Positions 36,959-48,353 of a stretch of DNA of 64,000 bases are shown one piece after another. Each line of letters begins with the position of its first letter. The first letter of the stretch is position 1. The position numbers were made by a program, and so were the translations under genes. The stretch is from Microthyrium microscopicum (Eukaryota): the NCBI GenBank assembly GCA_010405405.1, contig MU004235.1, forward strand, positions 138,538 to 202,537. Reading direction: 5' to 3'. Under the pieces are notes generated by a model, which ran no database searches, was not told the DNA's origin, and saw only the letters and a program-made list of their open reading frames with translations.

Positions 36959-38435
36959 ATGACTTCACCAAGCAATCATTCCTCCGCCACTGCTCCAGAT
37001 GATCAGAAGCAGCTTATCAATCGATACTCACACCCGAGATTTCAATCTTGTCAATGGAAACATTGCCTCAACAGCCCATACTTTCCTGTCGTTGAAGCGA
37101 CACAACAGCTTACGCCCGCAGAACGTAAAGAGAAAATGAAACTAGAAAGCATTTTCCAAAATACACACTTTTTTCCGCCTGTTCACGCCCACACACCACT
37201 GCCTAAGCCAATTACAAGATTTCAAGACCAAGCGTCTTCTAGTCATCACCTTACCAGAAGAAACAGTCCAGGTAAGAAGCCCAGTCGATAGGTTTCTGAC
37301 ATTGAACTTACATTTTCCAGATCTCTGCCTACCGCTACCCAAGGAACTGACAACAATGATATTCGAAAACTTTGTCACCATCGACGACTTCCGAAACCTC
37401 GCCAGATGCAGCACCACCTGTAACTCAATAGCAAAGGCACTACCCACGCTTCGGAAGATTCTCCTCGTGGCTCCAGTCCTACTAGATCTTGTCATTCGCT
37501 ACGGGCTATCCAGATACTATACATTATCCGATCTTGTTGCGGCTTTACAATCACGGAAGTGTACTCAAGCCCAAGAATGCACCAACTATCCAGATTTGAT
37601 AGTACTACCTGCCCTCCAACGCTACTGTCGAGCCCATGTCACAGATTCAACCCCCATCTGGCCCAACCTCAACGTCTGGCCCCACATTGAAGCCATTATG
37701 AGTCGAGTACTAAAGATTCCTGATGACGACCCTCCATACGATGCCGATAAGTTATCCCGTGGGATCTACCCTGTGCACCCCTTCGGCGTAACCCTACCAA
37801 TTCTCAACAAAGCAACGAACTGCGACAAACTCCTATGGTGCAAAGGCTGTCGCTGCCATCGCCTTGGGCTGCATAGACGGGACGATGTAGAACATGACAT
37901 TTATCGAGTCAGAAATCGGAAACACTATCAAATGAAGAGGGACAAATCTTTTTGCTTTCATGGGTGCGAATGCTGTGAGCAACCAATAAAACTCAACGTG
38001 GCTGATTGGGAAGAGTTTGAAACCATGTCGCATATGCAAGAACATAACGATCTCTTTTTCAAAAGACTTGAGTCTCCGGGGACTGTTGCGAGGTACCCCA
38101 TGAAAAGGGTGTTGATGCATAGCGAAGAGACGTTCTTAGCGCATATCAAAGAGTGTCCACATCGTGGACTTGTGGATAGATGGGTTCCCGTGCTCCAGGA
38201 ACGAGGTCTGATGGGAGAAGTATCCTGGCTAGATCCAAATCCGGCAGATGAACGACCAAGGTATGAGGGAGCAGTGGAATTCAACTGCCACTGTAATTCA
38301 ACTCACTCGTTAGACGGGGAAAAGATGCAAGACGATACCGCAAGAATGACGGACTGGATGCAGCTATCAGAGACAGAGAGGGAGCAACAGGAAATTTTGG
38401 TCATGGACAGATTCTGGAAAGAGAAAGGACTGTGA
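36959..38435 (+). CDS. F-box protein, tandem paralog of the upstream gene
   Basis: Exon 1 from ATG 36959; intron 37272-37320 (GTAAGA...CTGAC...CAG). F-box LPKELTTMIFENFVTIDDFRNLARCS; shares LAP-x-LL-x-x-VIR-x-G, C-x4/5-C-x-NY-x-DL and WCKxC with the upstream gene. Confidence 0.8.
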
Positions 38436-38760
38436 GAGGCATACGTATCGCTTACATACATCAATATGACCATCGCTAGAATCCCTTCAAGACGCGAGAG
38501 TCCACTAAAAGCCCCTTCATCTGAGATACTCCAAGTCTTTTATCATGTATAAACTCTTTATTGGCTTTTTGATTCAACTTTTGCCATGAGAGACAGATAG
38601 GTTCTAAATCTACAAGCGCAAGGTAAAATATACTGTATATCTTTAGGAACGGAATCACTTATCCTATCCACAGACTGCATTCTGACTATGCTCAGAATCT
38701 GAGAGAAATTGGAATTCTAAAGGGGGATTTTAGAACCAGTCCTTTGATATCCAGAAGCGT

Positions 38761-40080
38761 TTATAGCTTCTCCATAATCCTCAAATCATTCCGACTCAAC
38801 TCTTCCACCGACTTCTTACCTAAATTGGCCAACTGGTTATCCAAATCCGCCAACATACAACGCAAAACATGCTTTACACCCTCCTCACCACCCATAGCCA
38901 ACCCATATGCATATGGCCGTCCAATCAATACCGCCTTGGCACCCAACGCCAAAGCCTTGATAGCATCGCTTCCAGTCCGCACTCCACTGTCAAACAACAC
39001 CGTCAATTTCGACGACTTGACCTCCTCGTCCGCCGTGATCTCAGCCAACGCATCCAGCGACGCAATCGCACCATCAAGCTGCCGCCCGCCATGGTTCGAT
39101 ACCACAATACCATTCATGCCATGTTGGATAGCCAGCCTCGCATCCTCAACAGTCTGGATGCCCTTGAGCACAATTGGTCCACTCCAATTTTCTCTCAGAA
39201 TTTTAAGATGGTCCCATTCGCGATACGTTCCCGAATTCATAACATCCATCCACGCCTGACTTTTCTTAAGCGTCGCCGCATTCGCCAAAACCTTCAACGC
39301 ACCCACCACACTCCCCGGCCGAGTAACAATATCTTTCGCCTCCGCCAACTTCTCGCCCACCGATTTATTTTCTTTCGCCACTTGCTCGGCATACCGCTCA
39401 TTGAACACAGGATCACTAAGCCCAATCTGACAGCCCTCGCCCCAGACAAATGGTAGATAAGAAGTATCCAGATCATTCGGCCGCCACGCGAGTGTGAATG
39501 TATCAAGTGTAACCACCAACGTCGAATACCCCTCCTTCTGCGCCCGCTTCAGCAAACTGATCGTGACATCTTCATATTGCGGCTTCGGCCAGTATAGCTG
39601 AAACCACCGCTCTCCATCGCCGTTCGCTTTGGATACCTGCTCAATGGTCCGACTCGCCGCTGTGCTCAGCACCATTGGCACGCCCACACTCTGCGCTGCG
39701 CGTGCCGTAGCTTCCTCGCCATGTTCATGCAGTATGCTTTGTACACCAATGGGCGCGACGATTAGTGGATGTGCATATGTTTTGCCGAAGAGCGTGGTTC
39801 GGAGATCGCGTAGCGTGACGTTGATGAGCATGCGTGGACGCAGACGGTAGCGCTGGAAGGCGGCGCGGTTGGCGTTGTAGGTGTCGCCGGAGCTGGCGGA
39901 TCCAAAGACGTAGAGAAAGTTTGCCTCGGGGACGGCGGCGCGGGCGGCGGTTTCCCATTCGGAGGGTTTGGTGGAGAATTTGGGGGCGCGGAGACTGCTG
40001 TAGATTTCGCGCTGGTAGTTGCCGGGTGCGGTGGGGTCGGGGAGGACATAGTTGGGATCTACTGGGGAGCGTTTAGACAT
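38761..40080 (-). CDS. FMN-dependent alpha-hydroxy acid dehydrogenase/oxidase (lactate 2-monooxygenase-like)
   Basis: Motifs APIG, WFQLY, LVVTLD, LKGI, SNHGGRQLDG, DSGVRTGSD and GRPY; single exon. Confidence 0.93.
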   Translation of the reverse strand: MSKRSPVDPNYVLPDPTAPGNYQREIYSSLRAPKFSTKPSEWETAARAAVPEANFLYVFGSASSGDTYNANRAAFQRYRLRPRMLINVTLRDLRTTLFGKTYAHPLIVAPIGVQSILHEHGEEATARAAQSVGVPMVLSTAASRTIEQVSKANGDGERWFQLYWPKPQYEDVTISLLKRAQKEGYSTLVVTLDTFTLAWRPNDLDTSYLPFVWGEGCQIGLSDPVFNERYAEQVAKENKSVGEKLAEAKDIVTRPGSVVGALKVLANAATLKKSQAWMDVMNSGTYREWDHLKILRENWSGPIVLKGIQTVEDARLAIQHGMNGIVVSNHGGRQLDGAIASLDALAEITADEEVKSSKLTVLFDSGVRTGSDAIKALALGAKAVLIGRPYAYGLAMGGEEGVKHVLRCMLADLDNQLANLGKKSVEELSRNDLRIMEKL

Positions 40081-40518
40081 CTTGATGGTAGGAGGGGGTT
40101 TGTCGTAGGTTAACAAGATGTTGATGGTTGATCAGTTGGTGGTTGAGTTGTAGATGCTTGACCTGAAAATGGTTGAGTAGTGGGTGTTTCAATAGGAGAT
40201 GTCTGAGTAGTGACTTTGGGACGTCCTTCTCGGGGTATAACTGCAGGCTTCCACTTCCCCTTGAAAGCTGGAAACTGGTGAAATAATGGGTTTTGGCGTA
40301 TGATTTCTCGTTGATACCGTCCTTCCGAGGTAAACCATCTTGGTAAGCTAATGCGGGGTATCCATTGGTGCAACCGTTCTGGCATTGTGCAACCCCATTC
40401 TGATACAGGCTTTGCAGGCGGTGAGGATAATAATGCCAGGGTCCTGAATTGGATTTGTTGACGCTTTTGTAGATTTACTTGCAGTTCGCGATGTGCTATG
40501 GAATACATGGCATAGCAT

Positions 40519-41215
40519 CTAATCCCAGTCATCATCATCTTCGTCTAGTTCAATCTTCTTTCGCCCCATGTTGGAAGATTCTGGTGCGTGATCTGGATCG
40601 AAATCCATCTTGGTTCTTATTAGGACTCCAGCTGAAAGGAGTCTTCGCTCGAGATCCTGGGTGGTGAATTTGACTCCGTTGCCTAGACCTTCGAAACCGA
40701 TGATACGGTCAACACCAACGCCATCAATAAATGCGATCACACATGGCAGAACGCGGACGTTGAGTTTCGTAACCAGAAATGGGGCATTATCGACATTGAT
40801 CTTGATGAACCGTGTATCAAAATGCTTAGGAGCCAAGACCTATCTTGATTTAGCTCTTTGCTTGACAAGTCTAAATTGGAAATAAACATACATCAAGATG
40901 ACTGTCCATAACTGCACATCTGCCAAAGTCGGGTTTGAAGAAGTGAACAACACTAAGCTTGGTGCTGGTAGTAATGTCAAGCACCTCCTTTTCATCCTTG
41001 ACCTCGATGGAGGAACCACTGCCAAGGGTACGCATCATCTTGGATCGGGAGACTTCTTCATGAAGTTGCTGAAGACGCTTCTCTCGTAGCGAGACAAGTC
41101 CATCGTCATCTTCATCATCCTCAAGGGCGGCAATAAGGGCGTCCTCGTCATCTGAATCGTTTGCTGCTTTTCGAGCGTCGAGAACAGCAGCGACTTTTCG
41201 ATCGATTGTGGCCAT
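40519..41215 (-). CDS. Phosducin-like thioredoxin-fold protein (TXNDC9/Plp1 type)
   Basis: LREKRLQQL, VVHFFKPDFGRCAVMD, then an intron at about 40840-40891, then APFLVTKLNVRVLPCV...IIGFEGLG; acidic tail. Confidence 0.88.
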
Positions 41216-42109
41216 CTTGAGAATGAATTGAGTCGTCAAATTGCAAAGGAGAAAACAGAGACCGAAGAATTGTACTCAGCAGTTCACGCGCGGGGAATTT
41301 TTGAAGATGGATGAAATTCCTAAATGGTGCCTGCAAAGTTGTGGTGATGTTAAAATAAGGCTACAGCGACTGGTCAGGTTAAGGGATTTTGAGGCTCAAC
41401 GCGCCCCTCGATTGCCATGTGTTCTGTCTTGCTAGTTGCTGCACGGAACCATCCGATAGACCCTGGAGTATGATGGATTTGATATGGGAGAAAACCCGCC
41501 CTGGTTCGGCGAAATGACCCAATAAATGGATATAGATTCAATTAAATGCTAGAATGACGTCGCGAAAGAGATCAATGCGTCTGAGGACAGGTAGAAGTAA
41601 AGCCTCCTGTCAAGGACAGAGGAATTGACCAATATCAATCATATCATGCTAACTGTTAAGCATCAAATTTAATGGTCAACCCTGTAGGTGGATAAGAAAG
41701 GTTGGTAGCGCAATTGTTAGTAAAGGAAAAGGGGAAGGAGCATCGGATATTCCTCGGCCTAGGCCATGAATAGCAGCAGCAGGAGCGATTGCAGACTTGG
41801 CATTGGACAGGGCAGGAACAACCAGCAGCAAGGAGTTGGGATAGGAAGGTGCGACTGGCTGCTTTTGGCTCAGCCACGCAACGCAACTTCCTAGGTTCAG
41901 GAGACACAACACCTGCAGTTCTCCATCCCCCTACTAATCTTCCAAAAAGCCACGACAGCTTCTTTTCCTTCTTCAACTTCTTTTCTACTCGTGTGCCATC
42001 TTTTCTCTTCTTCTAACCTCTTGGTTCCGCTCTGCTCCTTCTTTGTCCCTCTCCGTTACACAACTCGATCCGTCTTCCTTCAGCCCATTACTCGACCTCC
42101 GCCTTCATC

Positions 42110-43400
42110 ATGTCTGACGAGAAAAAGAGAGATGATTTTGCCATTGATCTAGGCGAAAGAAGAGCCGATAAGTTCGATGCTCTTCCAAGAAGCATGCCAC
42201 AAACTCCGCAACTCTCGGCTCCTTTGGTCTCGCCTGCGAACCAAGGGCTACTTTCAATCCTCTCCTATTGCGCCTCATCCATTTTAATGACCACGACGAA
42301 CAAATACGTGTTGGGAGGTCTCGATTACAATTTGAATTTTCTACTTTTAGCCGTTCAGGTGGGTATTATGGTGAATGAGTTGCGAGATTCGCGCTGACAT
42401 GTCACAGTCCATTGTCTGCGTTGCTGCAATTCAAACTTTAAAAAGCGCCAGCGTGATCAATTATCGCGACTTTAACACCGACGAAGCGCGGAAATGTAAG
42501 TAGAATATCTGACATACATCGAAGTCATACAGCTAACAGATCTCAGGGTTCCCCATTTCGCTCCTCCTTATTGGCATGATATACACCAGCACATGGGCCC
42601 TCAAATTCCTCTCCATCCCCGTGTACACTATCTTCAAGAATTTGACCATCCCACTTATTGCTTATGGTGAGGTCCTTTGGTTCGGTGGCACTGTCACCCC
42701 AATCGCCCTTTTCTCCTTTGGCTTGATGGTATTTAGCTCCATCGTCGCCGCTTGGGCCGACATCCAGCACGCCTTGTCCACCATGGGCGAAGCGCATACT
42801 CAAGTGTCGACACTCAATACTGGCTATGTATGGATGTTCGCCAACTGCTTCTGCACCGCAGCCTACGTGCTCTGCATGCGTAAGCGCATCAAGTTGACCA
42901 ACTTCAAGGACTTTGACAGTAAGTGTATCACAACCTCCGCAATTCTCATTTTCTGACCATGCGCAACAGCCATGTACTACAACAACCTTCTCACCATCCC
43001 AATCCTCGTCATCGCATCCATCACCCTCGAAGACTGGTCGTCAGCCAACTTGGCCAAAAACTTCCCACCCGCGAACCGCACCTCCATCTACCTAGCCATG
43101 CTCTTCTCCGGTCTCAGTTCCGTCTTCATCAGTTACACTTCTGCCTGGTGCGTCCGAGTCACGAGCAGCACAACCTACAGCATGGTCGGAGCTCTCAACA
43201 AGCTCCCAATTGCCGTCAGTGGCCTCGTCTTTTTCGATGCGCCATGTACCCTTGGTAGCGTTAGCGCCATTGCCATCGGTTTTGTTAGCGGCATTGTATA
43301 TGCATGGGCGAAGATGGTGCAGAGCGGCAAGTCATTGGTGAACCGCAGCACAACAGTCGTCAGCGCCAGTAGCCAGAGCCACAACCAGAGCATGAAATAA
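42110..43400 (+). CDS. vrg4: Golgi GDP-mannose transporter
   Basis: [38 protein letters not shown] and [12 protein letters not shown] (GALNK motif); several introns. Confidence 0.95.
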
Positions 43401-43933
43401 ATAGAGCAAGAGCAGATCGCGCAAAGCATAGGAGATGCCAGAGTGTAGCGAATTCAGCTGTCTGGGATCACGGCCTGAGCCAGATGAGAGTGATGAGTTG
43501 TTGAACTTTGCATATTGGGACCGGGTTTTTCGCCTGATGAGCATATTCTTTTCTATTGTATATCTAGCATCATAACACTATTGTATTCAGCATTTTTTGT
43601 ACTTCATTATTGGCTATGGCCTGGTTATACTGCAAGAACCCTTTGGAGTTCATTTGGCGTGTAGAGGGGTTGGAAGACGTTGTTTCTGCTTTTTCAATAG
43701 ACTTATAATGAGTTCGGCAGAACATATATGACTCAAAAATCATCCTTGTAGTTCATTTGTGATATGTGATCAGCAGGATGAGATCCAGTAATTCCCTAAG
43801 CAAAAAGAGATTGTAATCATCCTTCCCATCAGTCGATGATCTAGCATCATTATAACTGGGTATCAACATCCCCTATGCAAACTGGACTGCCTGGTCTTGC
43901 TTGTCGACAATCGGGCATCACACATCCTTCCGT

Positions 43934-45118
43934 TCACCTTCCTTGCTGCTGTGCTCGAAACAGATCTTGTATAGCAATGCTCGTTCCTCCAGCCACCTGT
44001 TGCGCCTGCATAGGCGTCGTTCCATCCCCATTGCTCTGCACTGCCGGCGTGCTCCGACTTGGTGTCCGCGCAGCACGGAAGAACTCTGTATCTGGGTTCG
44101 TCATAAACATGCCTGGTGCCGGACTGCTCTTGACTCCATTACTCAGCGGCACCCCACCTCCCTGCGCCGCTCCATCACCCTGTGTTATCCGATTACTCTG
44201 GCCCTGCTGCACAGCGGGCGGATGTAGAGGAACAGGCGGCGCCACACGCGACAGCACCGCAGGCTCCTCCACAGCCAGCGCGCGCGAACCCTCCACACTG
44301 CTATGATTATGCATAGCAAACCCACTATCCGCCTCTCTATTCTGGCCAAACAGCTCCCTCAAACTAAGCTGTCTGCCCATCGGTTCACCACCCAAATCCG
44401 GCGCCACCGCAGGACTCGGCTGACTAGTCACAAGCGCCCGTTCAAGCGCCTCCGACTGCCTGTCCGCAATAACCTTCCTCGAATCCGCAGCACGATTCGC
44501 ACACTCCACCATGATAAGCGCACACATACTCCTTAGATCCGCCGTACTACTCGGCGGCGGCTCTGCAAAAATCCACAGGCCATATATTTGTGCGTCGTCG
44601 GCGCTCTTGATGATGATATATTCTGGCGTCACATCTACGTATTCTGGGCCGCCGAGTTCTGCGCTGAAGTTGTCGAGACCGCGGCGGTTTAGGACGCTTA
44701 CGCGGTAGCTTTCTTCTTCGGGGGGTTGGGTGGGTGTTTTGTAGGCGGTTATGAAGAGTGTGCCTTCTATGCCGGATTTTTCCCAGGTTTGTGTGGTGGG
44801 CGCGAATATGTAGACGACGGCGTAGGGGGCGGTGGTGACGAGGACTTCGGTGTCGGGCCAGTGGCGGCGGAGGACGCGGAGGTTGAGAGCGTCGTTGATG
44901 GAGGTTAGTTCGGCGGCTTGGGAGGAGACGGCGGCGAGGAGGGCGACTGGGTCGTAGCCTGGGGGGATCATGGCAGGGGTTTGTTGCGGCGTTTGGGTAT
45001 ATTGGTGTTGCTGATGGTACTGTTGTTGGATCTGTTGGGCTTGTTGGATCTGTTGGACAGGCTGGGTGGTGGCTGCCGCGGAGGGGTTGCGGCGCCGGGT
45101 TTTCTTGTTAGGTGTCAT
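43934..45118 (-). CDS. dcp1: mRNA decapping complex subunit Dcp1 (EVH1 domain)
   Basis: LNLRVLRRH, WEKSGIEGTLF, VLNRRGLDNF and IYGLWIF. Confidence 0.9.
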   Translation of the reverse strand: MTPNKKTRRRNPSAAATTQPVQQIQQAQQIQQQYHQQHQYTQTPQQTPAMIPPGYDPVALLAAVSSQAAELTSINDALNLRVLRRHWPDTEVLVTTAPYAVVYIFAPTTQTWEKSGIEGTLFITAYKTPTQPPEEESYRVSVLNRRGLDNFSAELGGPEYVDVTPEYIIIKSADDAQIYGLWIFAEPPPSSTADLRSMCALIMVECANRAADSRKVIADRQSEALERALVTSQPSPAVAPDLGGEPMGRQLSLRELFGQNREADSGFAMHNHSSVEGSRALAVEEPAVLSRVAPPVPLHPPAVQQGQSNRITQGDGAAQGGGVPLSNGVKSSPAPGMFMTNPDTEFFRAARTPSRSTPAVQSNGDGTTPMQAQQVAGGTSIAIQDLFRAQQQGR

Positions 45119-45505
45119 GTTGAGTGTATATATTGGATGGAGAGAGTGAGTGTAAAGTTATAGTTTGAAGAATGAAGAAAAGACGTTGTTGAAGTTGTTG
45201 TTGAAAGTGGGTGCATTGAAGGTGTTGGAGGTTGGTTGGTGTTGTGATGAAGGATGGAAGTTACCTTAAGATGAGGCCGCCCCTTGCCCTTCCGGATCCC
45301 CGTCTCTAAAGTGGAGAATGATCAACAAGGGTCTGGACCCTCAGTCTCTCAGTCAGTGCGTTAATACTTAATACGGAGAGCGTCATACTTATTGATCACA
45401 TCCCCATGTATCTCACTCTCCATTTCAACTCATTCTCCATTATGATTTATTTAATATAAAGTTTGCTGCGCCTTCGTAAACCTCCAGCCAGCCTAGTTCA
45501 ACAAA

Positions 45506-47821
45506 ATGTCTAGCTCCAGGCGCTCCACCAACGCCTCCGAGGCCCCCACGCCTTCCGATGTGCCTGGTTCCTTTCCCAATGATAGCGAACTCTCCTCCCA
45601 GCAATCCCTCGCACAGGCAGTATATGCACGACGCAGCGAATACATCAAGCCACAGAAGATCCGTGTAAAAATCGGCAGCTGGAACGTTGGCAACCATGAC
45701 GCTGCACGAGACATTGGCGCTTGGTTTCTGGATGGAAAAGGCGTAGACTCAACCTTTTCACGACTAAATCTGAACGTCGAGGATGATATACAGCAGGCGA
45801 AGAATGGGGAGAGTCAAGAGAGCGGAGACACGGAGGGCGTCAGAGAGCAAGAAGCACGGACATCTTTGTCGCTGAAGAGCGAATCAACGGTACCTGTCGG
45901 CGATAGAGGCGATTTGCCAGGAGGCGAAGACATTGGGCTATACGTGCTGGGATTGCAAGAAATTGTGGATGTTACGTCGCCGACAGAGGCATTGAGACCT
46001 TATACGGATCCGGCACCAGCGAATAAATTCAAAGATGCCTTGACTGGGGCGTTGCCGAAGGGGTATGAACTAGTTGCTGAGCAGCAATTGATGGGATTGT
46101 TACTTCTGATCTATGCATCACCGGAGGTTCTGAAAGATGTTCGTTCGTCATGCACTACGAGTGTGGGAACAGGCTTAATGGGCTATATGGGCAACAAAGG
46201 CGCAGTCACTTCACACCTTATCCTTGGAGAAACTACGAGATTAGCATTCATCAATTGCCATTTAGGTGCTGGGGCTGAAAAGGGCTCGTTGGAACGCCGA
46301 AATTGGGATGCCAGCCAGATTGTCGCGAGAACAAGATTCGATAAAGTAGAAGACCCAAGCGGAGTGCCAAACAGCGGAGAGCAAATCGGCGATGAAGACT
46401 TTGCATTCTGGTTTGGTGATCTGAATTACAGACTGGAAGGCATACCTGGAGACGATGTGCGACACCTCTTGACGCTTCATACTCGCAATGAATACGACCT
46501 GGAAATGGCACAGCAAAGAGAGCGAGAAGAGGAGGCAGCGCGGCAAGCAGAAGCAAAGGAAAATTCGTCCTTTGACGCAGACGCTGTCAGCGTGAAAAGT
46601 GGCATCAGCAGTCTCTCCAAAGGCAGCTCCAACGAAGTACCCGAAGATCTAGATCCCGCATCCCTTCAAACCACCTTATCATCACTGCTACCACATGACG
46701 AACTAATGCAACAAATCAAATTACGAAAGTCCCTCTCGGAAGGCTGGAAAGAAGGACCCATACGATTCCTACCTACATACAAATATGATGTTGGGACAGT
46801 CGCAGTTTTCGATACGAGCGAAAAGAAGCGCGCTCCTAGTTGGTGCGACCGCATTCTATACCGCACAAGAAAAGACTATGACAAATGGCGCAAACGAGTG
46901 CAAGACGAAGAAGCTGCACGCAAAAGGGATGAAGAAATGAAATCACGAGGTCTGGGTGCAGAAGACGATGATAATGTCATCTTCGACTACAACCCCGATG
47001 AGGATGGCGACGACATGTTTGAAGCTCCTACACTCGAACAAGTTACCACACGCGATGGCTCGGAAGATGAAATATTACTCGAGCACTATACATCTCATCA
47101 ACGCGTTCTCTCATCAGATCACAAACCACTGGACGCTGTCTTCACCCTAACATATCAAGCTGTCGACCACGACAAAAAGGCAAAAGTACACGCCGAAGTC
47201 ACCCGAATCCTCGACCGCAACGAAAACGAAGGCCGCCCAACCGTCACTGTCGTCTTCGACCATTCCAAAGAACCCGAATCACCAAGCTCATCCTGCGACA
47301 CCCAAAACGTCGACGGGGTAATCAACTTCGGCCCCATGCGCATGGGCAAAGGCAGACACCGACATATCACTGTCGCCAACACTGGTGCCGTAGCAGCAAC
47401 AGTCGGACTCGTAGATCGGCCAGTCTCAGGTCTAGGCGAAGAAGGATCCACGCCGCCGTGGCTGATTGCTACGTTTGACCGTGAACCCGACGCTGGCGGC
47501 AAGAAGAAAAGCAAGGAGCGCGTATATACGCTAGAGCCAGGCGATGTGGTCAACTTGGAGTTGGTAGCAAGAGTCGAGGCTATGGCGATGGCTCGAGACT
47601 TGGACGATGGAGTAATGCGACTGGACGATGTACTAATACTGAGAGTGCGCGATGGCAGAGATCACTTTTTGCCGGTGCAAGGGACGTGGGTGCGTAGTAG
47701 TTTGGAGCGTTCCATTGATGCGCTTAAGAGGTTACCTGAAGATGGGATACGGAAGCTACAGAATCAGAAACCTATTGGTAGTCCAGGGCGGTTGTTTGGA
47801 TTTGGATCGAAGGATGGTTGA
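45506..47821 (+). CDS. Inositol polyphosphate 5-phosphatase, OCRL-like (IPPc plus ASH-like C-terminal domain)
   Basis: GSWNVG, GLQE, GNKG, FWFGDLNYR, PTYKYD, PSWCDRILY and SDHKP. Confidence 0.93.
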   Translation: MSSSRRSTNASEAPTPSDVPGSFPNDSELSSQQSLAQAVYARRSEYIKPQKIRVKIGSWNVGNHDAARDIGAWFLDGKGVDSTFSRLNLNVEDDIQQAKNGESQESGDTEGVREQEARTSLSLKSESTVPVGDRGDLPGGEDIGLYVLGLQEIVDVTSPTEALRPYTDPAPANKFKDALTGALPKGYELVAEQQLMGLLLLIYASPEVLKDVRSSCTTSVGTGLMGYMGNKGAVTSHLILGETTRLAFINCHLGAGAEKGSLERRNWDASQIVARTRFDKVEDPSGVPNSGEQIGDEDFAFWFGDLNYRLEGIPGDDVRHLLTLHTRNEYDLEMAQQREREEEAARQAEAKENSSFDADAVSVKSGISSLSKGSSNEVPEDLDPASLQTTLSSLLPHDELMQQIKLRKSLSEGWKEGPIRFLPTYKYDVGTVAVFDTSEKKRAPSWCDRILYRTRKDYDKWRKRVQDEEAARKRDEEMKSRGLGAEDDDNVIFDYNPDEDGDDMFEAPTLEQVTTRDGSEDEILLEHYTSHQRVLSSDHKPLDAVFTLTYQAVDHDKKAKVHAEVTRILDRNENEGRPTVTVVFDHSKEPESPSSSCDTQNVDGVINFGPMRMGKGRHRHITVANTGAVAATVGLVDRPVSGLGEEGSTPPWLIATFDREPDAGGKKKSKERVYTLEPGDVVNLELVARVEAMAMARDLDDGVMRLDDVLILRVRDGRDHFLPVQGTWVRSSLERSIDALKRLPEDGIRKLQNQKPIGSPGRLFGFGSKDG

Positions 47822-48353
47822 GAGGTTTGTGGTATTGATTCATGAAGCGATGGTTATACGACTTTATGCGAGCGAAACCAGAGGTTGAGGCGTTCAGAGC
47901 ATATTGAGCGTGGCTAGACCGAACTAATTAATGATTGACTGAATTGTTCCAATAGCTGAATTGAATTGAAATGTGTTGAAGATACCGTGTATTCATCATG
48001 CTCAAGGACCTGGCTATATCTGGACTTAAGATGTTGATAGAACCGAACTCCGCCGACAACTGCTTGGTCTAATTGATTGATGCTGACCACATCATGGATG
48101 ATGCAACACCAGTGGCATCGCAAGTATTGGTATTAGTGAACAATAGAGACTGAACAGTAATCAAATCCTGAAGTTGTGGACTTAGATAGCTCGTACCGGT
48201 AACCCCTTTTCTTGTGTGTATATAAATCAGCACCTGCCCCTATGTCCCTAAACATCAACACTACCCAAACCACCATTCTCGCAAATCATACACACATCTT
48301 TATCAAGCCAGGAGATATCAACCACCCAAACCTTCGAAACCAATCTCTTCACC

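Noticed and set aside
38761..38772. C-terminal EKL on the hydroxy-acid oxidase as a peroxisomal signal
   Set aside because: Glu at -3 is not a canonical PTS1 residue; cannot be supported without prediction or experiment.
40110..40538. 142-aa minus-strand ORF between the oxidase and phosducin-like genes
   Set aside because: Overlaps the stop and 3' UTR of one gene and the promoter of the next; low-complexity and without motifs.
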